Positions 1 through 8,772 of a stretch of 64,000 bases of DNA are shown here, piece after piece. Source of the DNA: an uncultured euryarchaeote (GTDB lineage: Archaea; Thermoplasmatota; Poseidoniia; Poseidoniales; Poseidoniaceae). The stretch spans positions 64,001 to 128,000 of the forward strand of contig CALBRH010000051.1 of the NCBI GenBank assembly GCA_937899865.1. Reading direction: 5' to 3'. Under the pieces are notes generated by a model. It was not told the origin of the DNA. It did not search any database and was given only the letters and a program-made list of their open reading frames with translations. How positions within the stretch are numbered: the first letter of the stretch is position 1; the number at the start of each line of letters is the position of its first letter. The translations under genes and the position numbers were made by a program.

Positions 1-92
1 GTATTGAAAATCCTCCACGTAAGATTCGTCTACAAGTTATTCGACACGATGAACCAGATATTCCAATCGAAGTTAAATTATTTCAGGAGTGA
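1..92 (+). CDS. rpl31e: 3' end of probable 50S ribosomal protein L31e (truncated by window start)
   Basis: Manual translation from nt 3: IENPPRKIRLQVIRHDEPDIPIEVKLFQE*. It resembles the L31e C-terminal 'xxNPPxxIRV' motif, stops at TGA 90-92 and lies directly before S17e. Confidence 0.6.
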   Translation, partial: IENPPRKIRLQVIRHDEPDIPIEVKLFQE

Positions 93-97
93 TAATT

Positions 98-289
98 ATG
101 GGAAATATTAGACCAAGTTTTATCAAAATCAGAGCAATTGCATTAGTAGAACAACATGGAGACAAATTTACAGATGACTTTGACCATAACAAGTTAATGG
201 TATCACAACTAACCGATGTTAGTTCTAAGAAACTACGTAATTGGATTGCCGGATACGTAACTAGATACCGACAAAGAAGAGTTGATTGA
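98..289 (+). CDS. rps17e: 30S ribosomal protein S17e
   Basis: MGNIRPSFIK...F..DFDHNK..V......SKKLRNWIAGYVTR signature. ATG at 98 follows a GGAGTGA RBS. Confidence 0.95.
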   Translation: MGNIRPSFIKIRAIALVEQHGDKFTDDFDHNKLMVSQLTDVSSKKLRNWIAGYVTRYRQRRVD

Positions 290-299
290 GGCCTTTTGA

Positions 300-509
300 A
301 TGCCAGTGCGCATTGATTGGGATAGACATCCAGTCAGCATTCATAGTGAAGATAAATCCGAGTTAGAGGATTTAATCGAGTATTTGAAAATTAAACATTC
401 CATTCTTAAGCGTTCAATAATTATGGATGATAGAGAGTCAGGCGGATTTTTGTTTTTTGTATACCAACCTTGTGACCCAAGATGGATTGTTGAATTTTAT
501 AATAGGTGA
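300..509 (+). CDS. Small hypothetical protein (69 aa)
   Basis: ATG-started ORF filling the gap between rps17e and the trmJ-like gene, with typical composition. No family recognised. Confidence 0.6.
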   Translation: MPVRIDWDRHPVSIHSEDKSELEDLIEYLKIKHSILKRSIIMDDRESGGFLFFVYQPCDPRWIVEFYNR

Positions 510-513
510 TCAT

Positions 514-1338
514 GTGGGTGATAGAAAGGATATTCCTTTACCAAGTTCATCTTATGAATTGGTGCTAATATGCGTAGATACCAGTCATCCTGGAAACCTT
601 GGGGCTATTTGCCGTTCAATGATGAATTATGGCTATGACAAACTAAGGCTGGTTAATCCTCTATGCGACCCTAATGATATTGAAGCAAGAAATCGAGCCA
701 AACATGCTGGTCAAATACTTGATAACGTTCAAATTTTTGAATCATTAGAAGAATCAGTAAAAGATTGCTCTTTAGTTGTTGGTACATCTGGTAAAAGAGA
801 AGTTGGCCCAAAGACATCATTTAGGCACTTTAGTTTCCCATGGGACTTATCTAAAAGGTTCAATGAATCCAGCAATAAAATTGCTCTTGTTTTTGGCGGC
901 GAGGGTACAGGATTGTCTACTGAAGATTTACAAAAATGTGATTTCCTAACTACTTTGCCGACATGGGAGGGATACCCAATAGCTAATCTTTCACATTCTG
1001 TCAATGGTTTTCTCTATCAACTCCATTCTGACAGAGTAAGAAATCAACAAGGTATTGATGCAGGATTACCTGAAATTGTACCTATTGAGGGAGATTTATC
1101 TCCTGAATTAAGAGATACCTTTCTAGAAGCAGTAGAGCAATTCAGTTTATCTGTGCCCGGTAATCAAGAACGAAAAGACAGTATTAAGAATTCATTAACG
1201 AGAATGGTAATGAAATCATCTCCTACTAATGATGAAGTTACTAGATTGATTGGCGGACTAATTGATGCTACCACATCATTACAATATACAACCAATGATG
1301 AAAATTGGAAAAAGAATCGTCGTCGAAGAGTTGAATAG
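514..1338 (+). CDS. trmJ: SPOUT RNA methyltransferase, TrmJ/LasT family (tRNA C32/U32 2'-O-methyltransferase-like)
   Basis: Motifs HPGNLGAICRSMMNYG, VVGTSG, ALVFGGEGTGLSTEDLQKCD, YPIANLSHSV. Probable GTG start at 514 after AGGTGA (ORF track start 427). Confidence 0.85.
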   Translation: MGDRKDIPLPSSSYELVLICVDTSHPGNLGAICRSMMNYGYDKLRLVNPLCDPNDIEARNRAKHAGQILDNVQIFESLEESVKDCSLVVGTSGKREVGPKTSFRHFSFPWDLSKRFNESSNKIALVFGGEGTGLSTEDLQKCDFLTTLPTWEGYPIANLSHSVNGFLYQLHSDRVRNQQGIDAGLPEIVPIEGDLSPELRDTFLEAVEQFSLSVPGNQERKDSIKNSLTRMVMKSSPTNDEVTRLIGGLIDATTSLQYTTNDENWKKNRRRRVE

Positions 1339-1339
1339 A

Positions 1340-1789
1340 TTATTTGTGCCAACTTGCAACAGATTTAGGAGTCTCCCATACATGCATAGCAACTAATTGT
1401 AGCTTATTTCCGTATGTCGAAACAATATGTGGCTCAACTTGTTCAAATGCCCATTTTGCTAAATTTTCTGCTGTTGGTATGAAATCTACAACAACAGTTC
1501 TATGGTCATCGCCCATGCATTCTAATGCTTTCAAAGCAGTCTCATCACCTCGATAAACAACAAAAGCATGATCAACGACATCATGTACTTCCCGTGTTAG
1601 TATAGTGCTAATATCTGAAAAGTCCATCAGCATACCTTCATCAGATACTCCGCTAACATCAACAACATCTCCTTCAATTTCTGCCTCAAACCTATATCTG
1701 TGTCCATGCAAATGTTTGCACTTACTTTTGTGATTAGGAACTCGATGTCCTGTATCAGTTTCAACATATCTTCTAATTCTTGTAACCAT
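1340..1789 (-). CDS. queD: 6-carboxy-5,6,7,8-tetrahydropterin synthase
   Basis: GHRVPNHKSKCKHLHGHRY (active-site Cys and Zn His), MDFSDI, PTAENLA, WETPKS. Last gene of the que cluster. Confidence 0.9.
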   Translation of the reverse strand: MVTRIRRYVETDTGHRVPNHKSKCKHLHGHRYRFEAEIEGDVVDVSGVSDEGMLMDFSDISTILTREVHDVVDHAFVVYRGDETALKALECMGDDHRTVVVDFIPTAENLAKWAFEQVEPHIVSTYGNKLQLVAMHVWETPKSVASWHK

Positions 1790-1791
1790 TA

Positions 1792-2934
1792 TTATTCCTC
1801 CTTGAAAATTAGTGCAGCAGAATTAATGCAATATCTTTCGCCGCCATACTCTTTTGGACCATCTTCAAACACATGTCCAAGATGTGCATCACATTTTGAA
1901 CATTTGACTTCAATTCTTACCATGCCATGACTATTATCAGTAATTCTTGCTATATTGGCATCCACTGATTCTGAGTGAAAAGCAGGCCATCCACAGCCAG
2001 AATTATATTTGCTTTGAGAACTAAAAAGCAGATGATTACAGCAAATACAGTAGTAATTTCCCTTAACAAAATGTTTGTCATATATTCCAGTAAATGCTCT
2101 TTCAGTAGCACTATTCCGAGTAACTTGATACTGTAGTTCAGTTAATTTTTCCCGATATATTTTGTCCATATATTCTTTTTCTACTGATAAAGCATGGTCA
2201 AGAACTTGCTGCCAATCTTGTTGGTACATTACAGGGTCTTTTCTACCAATAGCATGAAATGCCAAAATTCTTTCAATATCTGAGCCAGTTTTTCCTGAAC
2301 TTCGACCTTGTTCATCAGGATCATATGACGTGTTAGTATTGGCAAATATTGTGTCAAAATCTAAGCCTAAATGTTCGCAAGAAACAATAGCATCACGTAG
2401 TATTGATTCCTTGTCACCATCGATATATGGCAAATCCAAATTCACATTTTCACTATCCCAATTACCTTTTTCAAAAGCCTCATTCAAACTTTGATAAAAT
2501 TCAGGCCTGCAATCAGGATATATTGCATGATCTCCCGAGTGCACTCCAAGAGAAATAGAAACATTACACTCAAATTGTTTGCTAAGACTTAGTGCATAGC
2601 CATAAATCATTGAAGAAAAAATAGCGTTCCTATTTGGTACAACGGTAGATTTCATTTGTTGTTCTTCATAGTGGCCTTTTGGTACATCTTCATTTGAGGT
2701 TAATGAACCAGTAAACATTGACATTAATGAGGATAAATCTACTACATTGTGAGAAATTTTGTATCCATTTTCAGATAAATAATCGATGTTGTCTTGTGCT
2801 CTTGATAATTCTACAATATGTTTTTGTCCATAATTGAAACCAATTGTATAAACAGTATTTCCTTCTCTAAGTAGTCGCAATAACAACGATGTGGAATCCA
2901 TACCACCACTGAGGGCCATAACTGCAATTTTCAT
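1792..2934 (-). CDS. queC: 7-cyano-7-deazaguanine synthase QueC fused to C-terminal methionine-R-sulfoxide reductase MsrB
   Basis: N-terminal SGGMDS, FNYGQKH, TVVPNRNAIF, HSGDHAIYPDCRPEF. The last ~125 aa is MsrB: TERAFTG, CICC, SGCGWPAF, CSKCDAHLGHVFEDGP, RYCINS. One uninterrupted 380-aa ORF. Confidence 0.9.
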   Translation of the reverse strand: MKIAVMALSGGMDSTSLLLRLLREGNTVYTIGFNYGQKHIVELSRAQDNIDYLSENGYKISHNVVDLSSLMSMFTGSLTSNEDVPKGHYEEQQMKSTVVPNRNAIFSSMIYGYALSLSKQFECNVSISLGVHSGDHAIYPDCRPEFYQSLNEAFEKGNWDSENVNLDLPYIDGDKESILRDAIVSCEHLGLDFDTIFANTNTSYDPDEQGRSSGKTGSDIERILAFHAIGRKDPVMYQQDWQQVLDHALSVEKEYMDKIYREKLTELQYQVTRNSATERAFTGIYDKHFVKGNYYCICCNHLLFSSQSKYNSGCGWPAFHSESVDANIARITDNSHGMVRIEVKCSKCDAHLGHVFEDGPKEYGGERYCINSAALIFKEE

Positions 2935-3587
2935 TAGTCAATCCCCATCCATTTATGCGTTTGTAGTGATAATCTCCATTTTGGATTATTTTTAACAACT
3001 GATTCGGTCAATGCGAAATTTTTACCGTTCCATTCAACAGTCTCTGATTCCATGTAGCAGGGTTGGAGATATAGATTAGAAAAACCATCAATTAAATTAT
3101 CATAAAGTGATAAATCCTGGCCTATGTATACACATTTTAACTCATCACCAGTTCTTTGCTTAATCTTAGAGTTTGGATATAATTGATCTTTTGGCGAAAC
3201 ACAGATCCAATCAATTAATCCATCATCTATTGGTATTGTACCATTAGTCTCTATCGATATATGATAGTCTCTTGCTTTTAGCAATCTTTGTAGTGGCCAC
3301 AAATCATTGAGCATTGGCTCGCCACCAGTGAAAATAATATTTTTGCAATCAAATTCCTCTATCTTGTTAATGATGCTTTGACAATTCATTTTGTCATATT
3401 GCAAGAAGTCAGTATCACACCACTCACATCGCAAATTGCAATTGCCAAAGCGAACAAATACATGAGGTATGCCAGCACGAAATCCTTCACCTTGTACGGA
3501 ATGAAAAATCTCTACAATATCATATTCACACGCAAGATCTGAATCTGTTTGTGCAGAATCTTGATTATCAACAGTTAAATTTTGCAT
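2934..3587 (-). CDS. queE: 7-carboxy-7-deazaguanine synthase (radical SAM)
   Basis: EIFHSVQGEG, FVRFGNCNLRCEWCDT (CxxxCxxC), FTGGEP, IETNGT, WRLSLQTHK. Confidence 0.92.
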   Translation of the reverse strand: MQNLTVDNQDSAQTDSDLACEYDIVEIFHSVQGEGFRAGIPHVFVRFGNCNLRCEWCDTDFLQYDKMNCQSIINKIEEFDCKNIIFTGGEPMLNDLWPLQRLLKARDYHISIETNGTIPIDDGLIDWICVSPKDQLYPNSKIKQRTGDELKCVYIGQDLSLYDNLIDGFSNLYLQPCYMESETVEWNGKNFALTESVVKNNPKWRLSLQTHKWMGID

Positions 3588-3596
3588 ATTATTTCC

Positions 3597-4157
3597 TCAA
3601 TTGTTGATTAATTGGAATAATTCTTGCCTTGCTTCTGCTTTGTCAAAAAATACACCTCGCATAGCAGATGTAGTCATCAAAGCATTAGCTTGCTTGACGC
3701 CACGACACCTCATGCATCCATGTGCGGCTTCTATTATTACTGCGCAGCCCAGAGGTACTAGATGCTCTTCTAAATCATCTGCAATACCTTTGGTAATTCT
3801 TTCTTGATTTTGTAATCTCCTTGCATGGCATTCTACGATGCGCGACAGTTTAGAAATCCCTACAATCCTATCTACTGGTATGTAAGCAACATGTGCTTTT
3901 CCGTTGAATGGTTGAAGATGATGTTCACAAGTGGAGTGAAATTCAATATCCTTTAACAAGACAATACCGTCATAACCTTCACCATTGAATGTTGAACTTA
4001 GAATTGTTTTGGCATCCATATGATAACCACCAAATATTTCATCCCAAGAATCGATTACACGATTAGGAGTATCAAGTAATCCTTCTCTTTCAACATCTTT
4101 TTCCAGGTATCCTAAAAGTACCTTAACAGCGTCTTTAGCTTCATTTCTTGTTGGCAT
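3597..4157 (-). CDS. folE: GTP cyclohydrolase I, FolE (type IA)
   Basis: REGLLDTPNRV, CEHHLQPF, GISKLSR, RLQNQER, HGCMRCRGV. Probable ATG at 4157 after GGAGATGA. Confidence 0.95.
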   Translation of the reverse strand: MPTRNEAKDAVKVLLGYLEKDVEREGLLDTPNRVIDSWDEIFGGYHMDAKTILSSTFNGEGYDGIVLLKDIEFHSTCEHHLQPFNGKAHVAYIPVDRIVGISKLSRIVECHARRLQNQERITKGIADDLEEHLVPLGCAVIIEAAHGCMRCRGVKQANALMTTSAMRGVFFDKAEARQELFQLINN

Positions 4158-4161
4158 AATA

Positions 4162-4323
4162 TCATCTCCCATTCCTAATATCTATCTCATCCAATTGATC
4201 TAACAGTTTTCTGCATGCGGTTCTAATTGCATCAGCAACACTGACAAATTTTTTCTCATCTCCAACGTGTTTTCTGATGTCGCTTAGAATTTCAGCTGGC
4301 ATATCTAACGACACTTTAGGCAT
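4162..4323 (-). CDS. Ribbon-helix-helix (CopG/MetJ-like) DNA-binding protein, 53 aa; missing from ORF track
   Basis: Manual translation MPKVSLDMPAEILSDIRKHVGDEKKFVSVADAIRTACRKLLDQLDEIDIRNGR*. N-terminal alternating beta-strand (KVSLDM), helix, and 'SxxDAIRxAxxxLL' helix B. Its end overlaps the folE RBS. Confidence 0.8.
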   Translation of the reverse strand: MPKVSLDMPAEILSDIRKHVGDEKKFVSVADAIRTACRKLLDQLDEIDIRNGR

Positions 4324-4350
4324 AATTTGTCCAATGTTTTACACCATTTA

Positions 4351-4370
4351 AGTATTACTGGAGTAATACT
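4351..4370. promoter_or_regulatory. Perfect inverted repeat AGTATTACT-GG-AGTAATACT; candidate operator abutting the TATA-like element of the RHH-que operon
   Basis: 9-bp arms at 4351-4359 and 4362-4370 are exact reverse complements. Minus-strand TTAAAT (4351-4346) lies about 25 nt upstream of the RHH ATG. Function is inferred. Confidence 0.6.
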
Positions 4371-4446
4371 ATACGATTATTTCATTCTTTCATTGCTTTA
4401 TTTTCACTTATTCTTAAGCGAATGTTGAAGAAGCGTCAAGAATCGA

Positions 4447-5955
4447 ATGATAATGATGAAGGCAATGAGCAACGCGGAAGATGGACTCACGGCGCTAAAA
4501 GAAATTAGAAATAATTCTGGCAATATGGATACTATTGGCCTTAGTGATGAAGTAATAGAAAAATTCTGCAAATTAGATTCTAACTTATTGCAGGCCATAT
4601 CTGAAGCATTGAGTAATCATAGGGAGTTGCGCAATAGATTAGGCGATGAAGTGATGCAATCTAACGAAATAGATTTGGTTTCCAAACTCCAAGAAGATTT
4701 TGTCAATTTTTACGCACCGGCAACTGTTAATCCATATGTTGCTATGGCTGCTAAAGGTCCTTGGATCGTTACATCGCATGGCGCTGTTGTCCATGATAAT
4801 GGGGGGTATGGGATGCTTGGTGCAGGACATGGCCCTTCTACAGTAATTGATGCAATGTCGCAAAATTGGGTCATGGCAAATGTCATGACTCCATCATTTA
4901 GTCATAGCAGATTATCTAATGCATTAAGGAAAGAATTGGGCCATACTAGGGGTAATTGTCCCTTTTCTAAGTTCATCTGTATGAATAGTGGTTCCGAGTC
5001 AATGACTGTTGCATTAAGAATCGCTGATATTAATGCAAACAATCAGACTGCTTCTGGAGCTAAGTATGAAAATTTCCCGATTAAAATGGTTGCAGTTGAA
5101 CGCAGTTTCCATGGTAGGACAGACAGGCCAGCACAAATTTCAGACTCCTGTAAATCAGGTTATGATAAGAATTTAGCAACATTTCAAAATAGAGACAATC
5201 TAATATTAGTCCCTGCTAATGATTCAGCTGCCCTAGAAGAAGTGTTCAAAAGATCTGTAACTGAAAAATTCTTCATTGAATTAGTCGCTATTGAACCAAT
5301 TCAAGGTGAAGGTAATCCTGGTATGTGCGTCACTAGAGAATTCTATGATGTAGCAAGAAGATTGACAAAGGAACATGATTCAATGTTATTAGTTGATTCC
5401 ATACAGGCTGGAATTAGGGGTCAAGGATGCCTATCAGTAATTGATTATGATGGCTTTCAAGATGCTGAAGTACCTGATATGGAAACCTGGTCAAAAGCAA
5501 TTAATGCAGGACAATATCCTCTTTCAGTATTGGGTATGAATGAAAGATCTGCTTCAATGTATGTTGTTGGAATTTATGGTAATACCATGACAACTAATCC
5601 TCGTGCTTTAGAAACTGCAGTAGCGGTCCTAGGGCAGATAACACCAGAACTTCGTAATAATATCAAGGAACGTGGCGAAGAGTTTGTGGAAAAATTGAAA
5701 CAACTCGCTATTGAACTCCCTGGTACAATTACCAAGGTTCAGGGGACAGGTCTATTGTTAAGTGCAGAATTAGAACCAAGTAAATTCCCAGTTGTCGGAT
5801 TTGATGCAGTTGAGCCATGGTGCCGTCGTAAGGGATTAGGTGTTATTCATGGGGGCCATAATGCATTGAGATTTACCCCTCACTTTAGAATAACATCAGA
5901 AGAAATTGACTTAATTATTGATATTGTAAGAGCAGCTCTAATTGAGTTTTCATGA
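4447..5955 (+). CDS. Class III PLP-dependent aminotransferase, resembling the ~500-aa L-lysine 6-aminotransferase type
   Basis: MNSGSESM, SFHGRT, EPIQGEG, DSIQAG, TWSK (PLP lysine). 'FVNFYA...PYVAMAAKGPW...GAVVHDNGGYGMLG.GH' matches my recollection of Flavobacterium lutescens-type Lat (not verified by search). Confidence 0.8.
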   Translation: MIMMKAMSNAEDGLTALKEIRNNSGNMDTIGLSDEVIEKFCKLDSNLLQAISEALSNHRELRNRLGDEVMQSNEIDLVSKLQEDFVNFYAPATVNPYVAMAAKGPWIVTSHGAVVHDNGGYGMLGAGHGPSTVIDAMSQNWVMANVMTPSFSHSRLSNALRKELGHTRGNCPFSKFICMNSGSESMTVALRIADINANNQTASGAKYENFPIKMVAVERSFHGRTDRPAQISDSCKSGYDKNLATFQNRDNLILVPANDSAALEEVFKRSVTEKFFIELVAIEPIQGEGNPGMCVTREFYDVARRLTKEHDSMLLVDSIQAGIRGQGCLSVIDYDGFQDAEVPDMETWSKAINAGQYPLSVLGMNERSASMYVVGIYGNTMTTNPRALETAVAVLGQITPELRNNIKERGEEFVEKLKQLAIELPGTITKVQGTGLLLSAELEPSKFPVVGFDAVEPWCRRKGLGVIHGGHNALRFTPHFRITSEEIDLIIDIVRAALIEFS

Positions 5956-7167
5956 AAGTGTAGTGACTATGTCTTCTCGCTTAAACTGCCTTGCTGCATA
6001 ATAGGCGGCAAGAGTGGCATACAGAATTGACGTTAGCATCCAAATTAATACATGTTCAACAATTACTCTATCTAACAATAATTCACGTAATGCCAGAAGT
6101 ATATTGATTACAGGTATACTAAACCAGAAACTCTCAATTCCATCTAAATTTATTACTTGAGTAAACAGTGCTGGGAAGATAATCAAAATAATGGCTGGAC
6201 CAAGTATTGAACCTGCTTCCTTAACACTGTGTGACCTCATTGCTAGAGCCAATTCAAGTGCGACAACCATAACTGCAAATAACATAATTGATATTATAAT
6301 CAGTATTATTGCTTCAATTGATAGATCTGGCACTCCGATAAAGTCTGAGGTGGCAAGATAGCCAATGGCAAATAGTAAACCAAAAATTTGCAATAATACT
6401 CCAACACTAGTAATTGTAGCAACTCCTAACCATTTCCCCATTAATAGTTCATTACGCGTACATGGCAGCCCTAACAAAGCTTCAAGAGTCCCTCTTTCAC
6501 GCTCACCAGCAGTCATGTCAATAGATGGCTGAATAGCACTTGAGAAAGTCCATATCGCCAAAACTAATGGTATGAATAGAGATAAAATTAAGCCGGCTTG
6601 TTCCCCCTCTGTTGCAACATCTGCAGCACTTGAATCGCCATCCCATCTTAATGGATTTAGAGTGCTATTGACATCTAATCCTCCTTCAGAAATACGTTTA
6701 GCAGTAATATTATCTTCAAACAATATTAAAGAGTTAATTATTCTACTTTTAGCCTCATTTGAACTTTCAGAAGTTGATAAATGAATAATTGAATAAAACC
6801 AAACGTCGCTTGAATAATTTAGCCTTAGGATGGCATCAAGCTCCATATTTCTAACTCTATCAAGATCTCCTAATGGTTCAGATAATGAGTCTGTAAAAGT
6901 AGTGTTAACCATAGTCAATGTTGTTGATGTTTGATTAAATAGAGATACAAAATCTTCGGGAAATTCGTTGTATTGAATCTCGATAGATACATTCATCGAA
7001 TCAAGTTCAGCAGCCTCTGATTCTAACAATATAGGGAATACAATAAACAGTACAGGGAACATTAGAATTGGAATAATGATTATTGCTACTATAGTTCGCC
7101 AATCTCTAACAAACTCAACAACTTCTTTTTTCGCAATAGTCTTTATGCGATTTACCGAATTACTCAC
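5950..7167 (-). CDS. ABC-2 type exporter permease (NatB-like)
   Basis: KKEVVEFVRDWRT, AGERERGTLEALL.LP..R.ELLMGK, multiple TM helices. Probable GTG start at 7167. Confidence 0.88.
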   Translation of the reverse strand: MSNSVNRIKTIAKKEVVEFVRDWRTIVAIIIIPILMFPVLFIVFPILLESEAAELDSMNVSIEIQYNEFPEDFVSLFNQTSTTLTMVNTTFTDSLSEPLGDLDRVRNMELDAILRLNYSSDVWFYSIIHLSTSESSNEAKSRIINSLILFEDNITAKRISEGGLDVNSTLNPLRWDGDSSAADVATEGEQAGLILSLFIPLVLAIWTFSSAIQPSIDMTAGERERGTLEALLGLPCTRNELLMGKWLGVATITSVGVLLQIFGLLFAIGYLATSDFIGVPDLSIEAIILIIISIMLFAVMVVALELALAMRSHSVKEAGSILGPAIILIIFPALFTQVINLDGIESFWFSIPVINILLALRELLLDRVIVEHVLIWMLTSILYATLAAYYAARQFKREDIVTTLS

Positions 7168-8011
7168 TTTCAACCAACTCCTTTTCACCCACGATTTGTG
7201 GTGTTTTAGGACGGAATAATCTATTCCATAGCTTTGTTATACTCGATTCCTTTTTATCATCTTCAAATCTCATTCTTGCCTTTTCTTGAGTTAATTTCAC
7301 ATATGCTTCTTCAAGAGTTGAACAATTATTGATTTGAATTAAATCTTCAGGAGAGCCATCTGCCTTTACTACTCCATTGTGTATGATTATAATTCGATCA
7401 CATACTTGTTGTGCTTCAAATAACTGATGAGTAGAATATACAACTGTGCCCCCTTCCTGTTTTATTTGTTCTACTAGAGATCTAACAGTCCTGGCACTAG
7501 TTATGTCTAATCCCGCAGTTGGCTCGTCCAATAATAGTACTTTAGGGCCATGAGCCAATGCTCTAAGTAGAGCGGTTTTTTGCCGCATACCACGTGAAAA
7601 CCCCTTAGTATATCTTGATAGATTATCTTCCATATCTAAACTTTGAGCAAATTTCAAGGTTCTTTTCCATGCTATTGTATCATCTATCCCATATAATCGA
7701 CTATGATATCGAATATTTTCCCAAGCCGTCAATCGCGAATATAAACCAGTTGATTCAGGTACAACTCCCAAATTGTCCCTCATTAGGTGTACTGGTGTAT
7801 CATTTCCTAATGTCACAGAACCACTTGATGGCTGATATACTCCAGACATTAATCGCAAAAGAGTAGTTTTACCAGCTCCGTTGCTACCAACCAAACCAAC
7901 AACTTCACCTGAATTTATTTCAAAGGATACGCCATCCAATGCTACTACTTCAGCAAAGTTTTTGCGTACATTTGATATTTTTAGTAGTACATTTTGTTCA
8001 GACATACTCAA
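7160..8011 (-). CDS. ABC transporter ATP-binding protein (NatA-like)
   Basis: Walker A GSNGAGKTT, signature FSRGM, Walker B LLLDEPT, H-loop STH. Confidence 0.92.
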   Translation of the reverse strand: MSMSEQNVLLKISNVRKNFAEVVALDGVSFEINSGEVVGLVGSNGAGKTTLLRLMSGVYQPSSGSVTLGNDTPVHLMRDNLGVVPESTGLYSRLTAWENIRYHSRLYGIDDTIAWKRTLKFAQSLDMEDNLSRYTKGFSRGMRQKTALLRALAHGPKVLLLDEPTAGLDITSARTVRSLVEQIKQEGGTVVYSTHQLFEAQQVCDRIIIIHNGVVKADGSPEDLIQINNCSTLEEAYVKLTQEKARMRFEDDKKESSITKLWNRLFRPKTPQIVGEKELVESE

Positions 8012-8370
8012 CTAGCCCTGCCAGATTCAATAGCTTTGTTAAGACCCGGGTATTTCGTCTCAAGTTTTCTTGCCCTTTCTAATTGTTGTTTCAAATGGGA
8101 AAAAATCTCTTTCTGAGGCACTCCCATGTCAATCAAATTGGCAAACATCTCAAATGCACCATAAATCGAACCTGCATCTAAATACGCATCATTCGAGATT
8201 TTACCGCTATAACGGAGCGAATCAAGTCGTGTCGCAATAAAGTGTGCTTCGGCTTTCAATCTTGGTCCATCAATATGTGACAAGGCCATTAGTTGGTCAA
8301 CACAAGTTCGCATGATTATTAATAATCGAGATGGATTATGATTGTTTCCTATTGCTTTGTGACAATTCAA
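8008..8370 (-). CDS. Hypothetical protein (start uncertain; ATG 8313 plausible)
   Basis: Helical ORF between the epimerase and ABC ATPase genes. Its stop overlaps the next start (TTGA). Confidence 0.65.
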   Translation of the reverse strand: MNCHKAIGNNHNPSRLLIIMRTCVDQLMALSHIDGPRLKAEAHFIATRLDSLRYSGKISNDAYLDAGSIYGAFEMFANLIDMGVPQKEIFSHLKQQLERARKLETKYPGLNKAIESGRAS

Positions 8371-8764
8371 CTAAGACTCCGCCTGTTGATTTAGGGTGAA
8401 CAAAGGCAATTAAGCAGTTTTTAGAACCCCTTCTAGGCACTTCATCAATCATCTTAACTCCTGACTTGAGCAACACGTCAATTAATTGGTAAATATCATC
8501 AACTTCAAAACATATTTGTTGGATACCAATGCCTCTTTTTTCAATAAATCTCCCGATTGGTGTATCTTCACTTGTAGGCTCTAATAATTCGATCATTGCA
8601 GGTTTTTGCATATCATTTGCAATTGGTATAAATCTAGTAATCACACCCTGATCTAATACCTCTTCGTCTTTATCATCAGGTATTAGCCCGAGTAGTTTCC
8701 AAAATTTTTCTCCTTCATCAAGAGTATTTACTGCAATTCCAATATGATCCAATCTAATTCCCAT
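8336..8764 (-). CDS. mce: Methylmalonyl-CoA epimerase
   Basis: LDHIGIAV, IELLEP, GIQQICFEVDDI, FVHPKSTGGVLVELSQ (VOC fold). Directly downstream of the mutase. Confidence 0.92.
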   Translation of the reverse strand: MGIRLDHIGIAVNTLDEGEKFWKLLGLIPDDKDEEVLDQGVITRFIPIANDMQKPAMIELLEPTSEDTPIGRFIEKRGIGIQQICFEVDDIYQLIDVLLKSGVKMIDEVPRRGSKNCLIAFVHPKSTGGVLVELSQSNRKQS

Positions 8765-8772
8765 ATAATCAC

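Noticed and set aside
427-513. Upstream extension of the TrmJ ORF overlapping the 300-509 gene
   Set aside because: A better start is GTG 514 with an AGGTGA RBS. The extension has no homolog-like content.
1340-4323. que genes as a phage or dpd-type DNA 7-deazaguanine modification island
   Set aside because: No dpdA/TGT, helicase, nuclease or mobility gene is nearby, and flanks are housekeeping with similar composition. tRNA archaeosine supply is the simpler reading, although a distant dpdA cannot be excluded.
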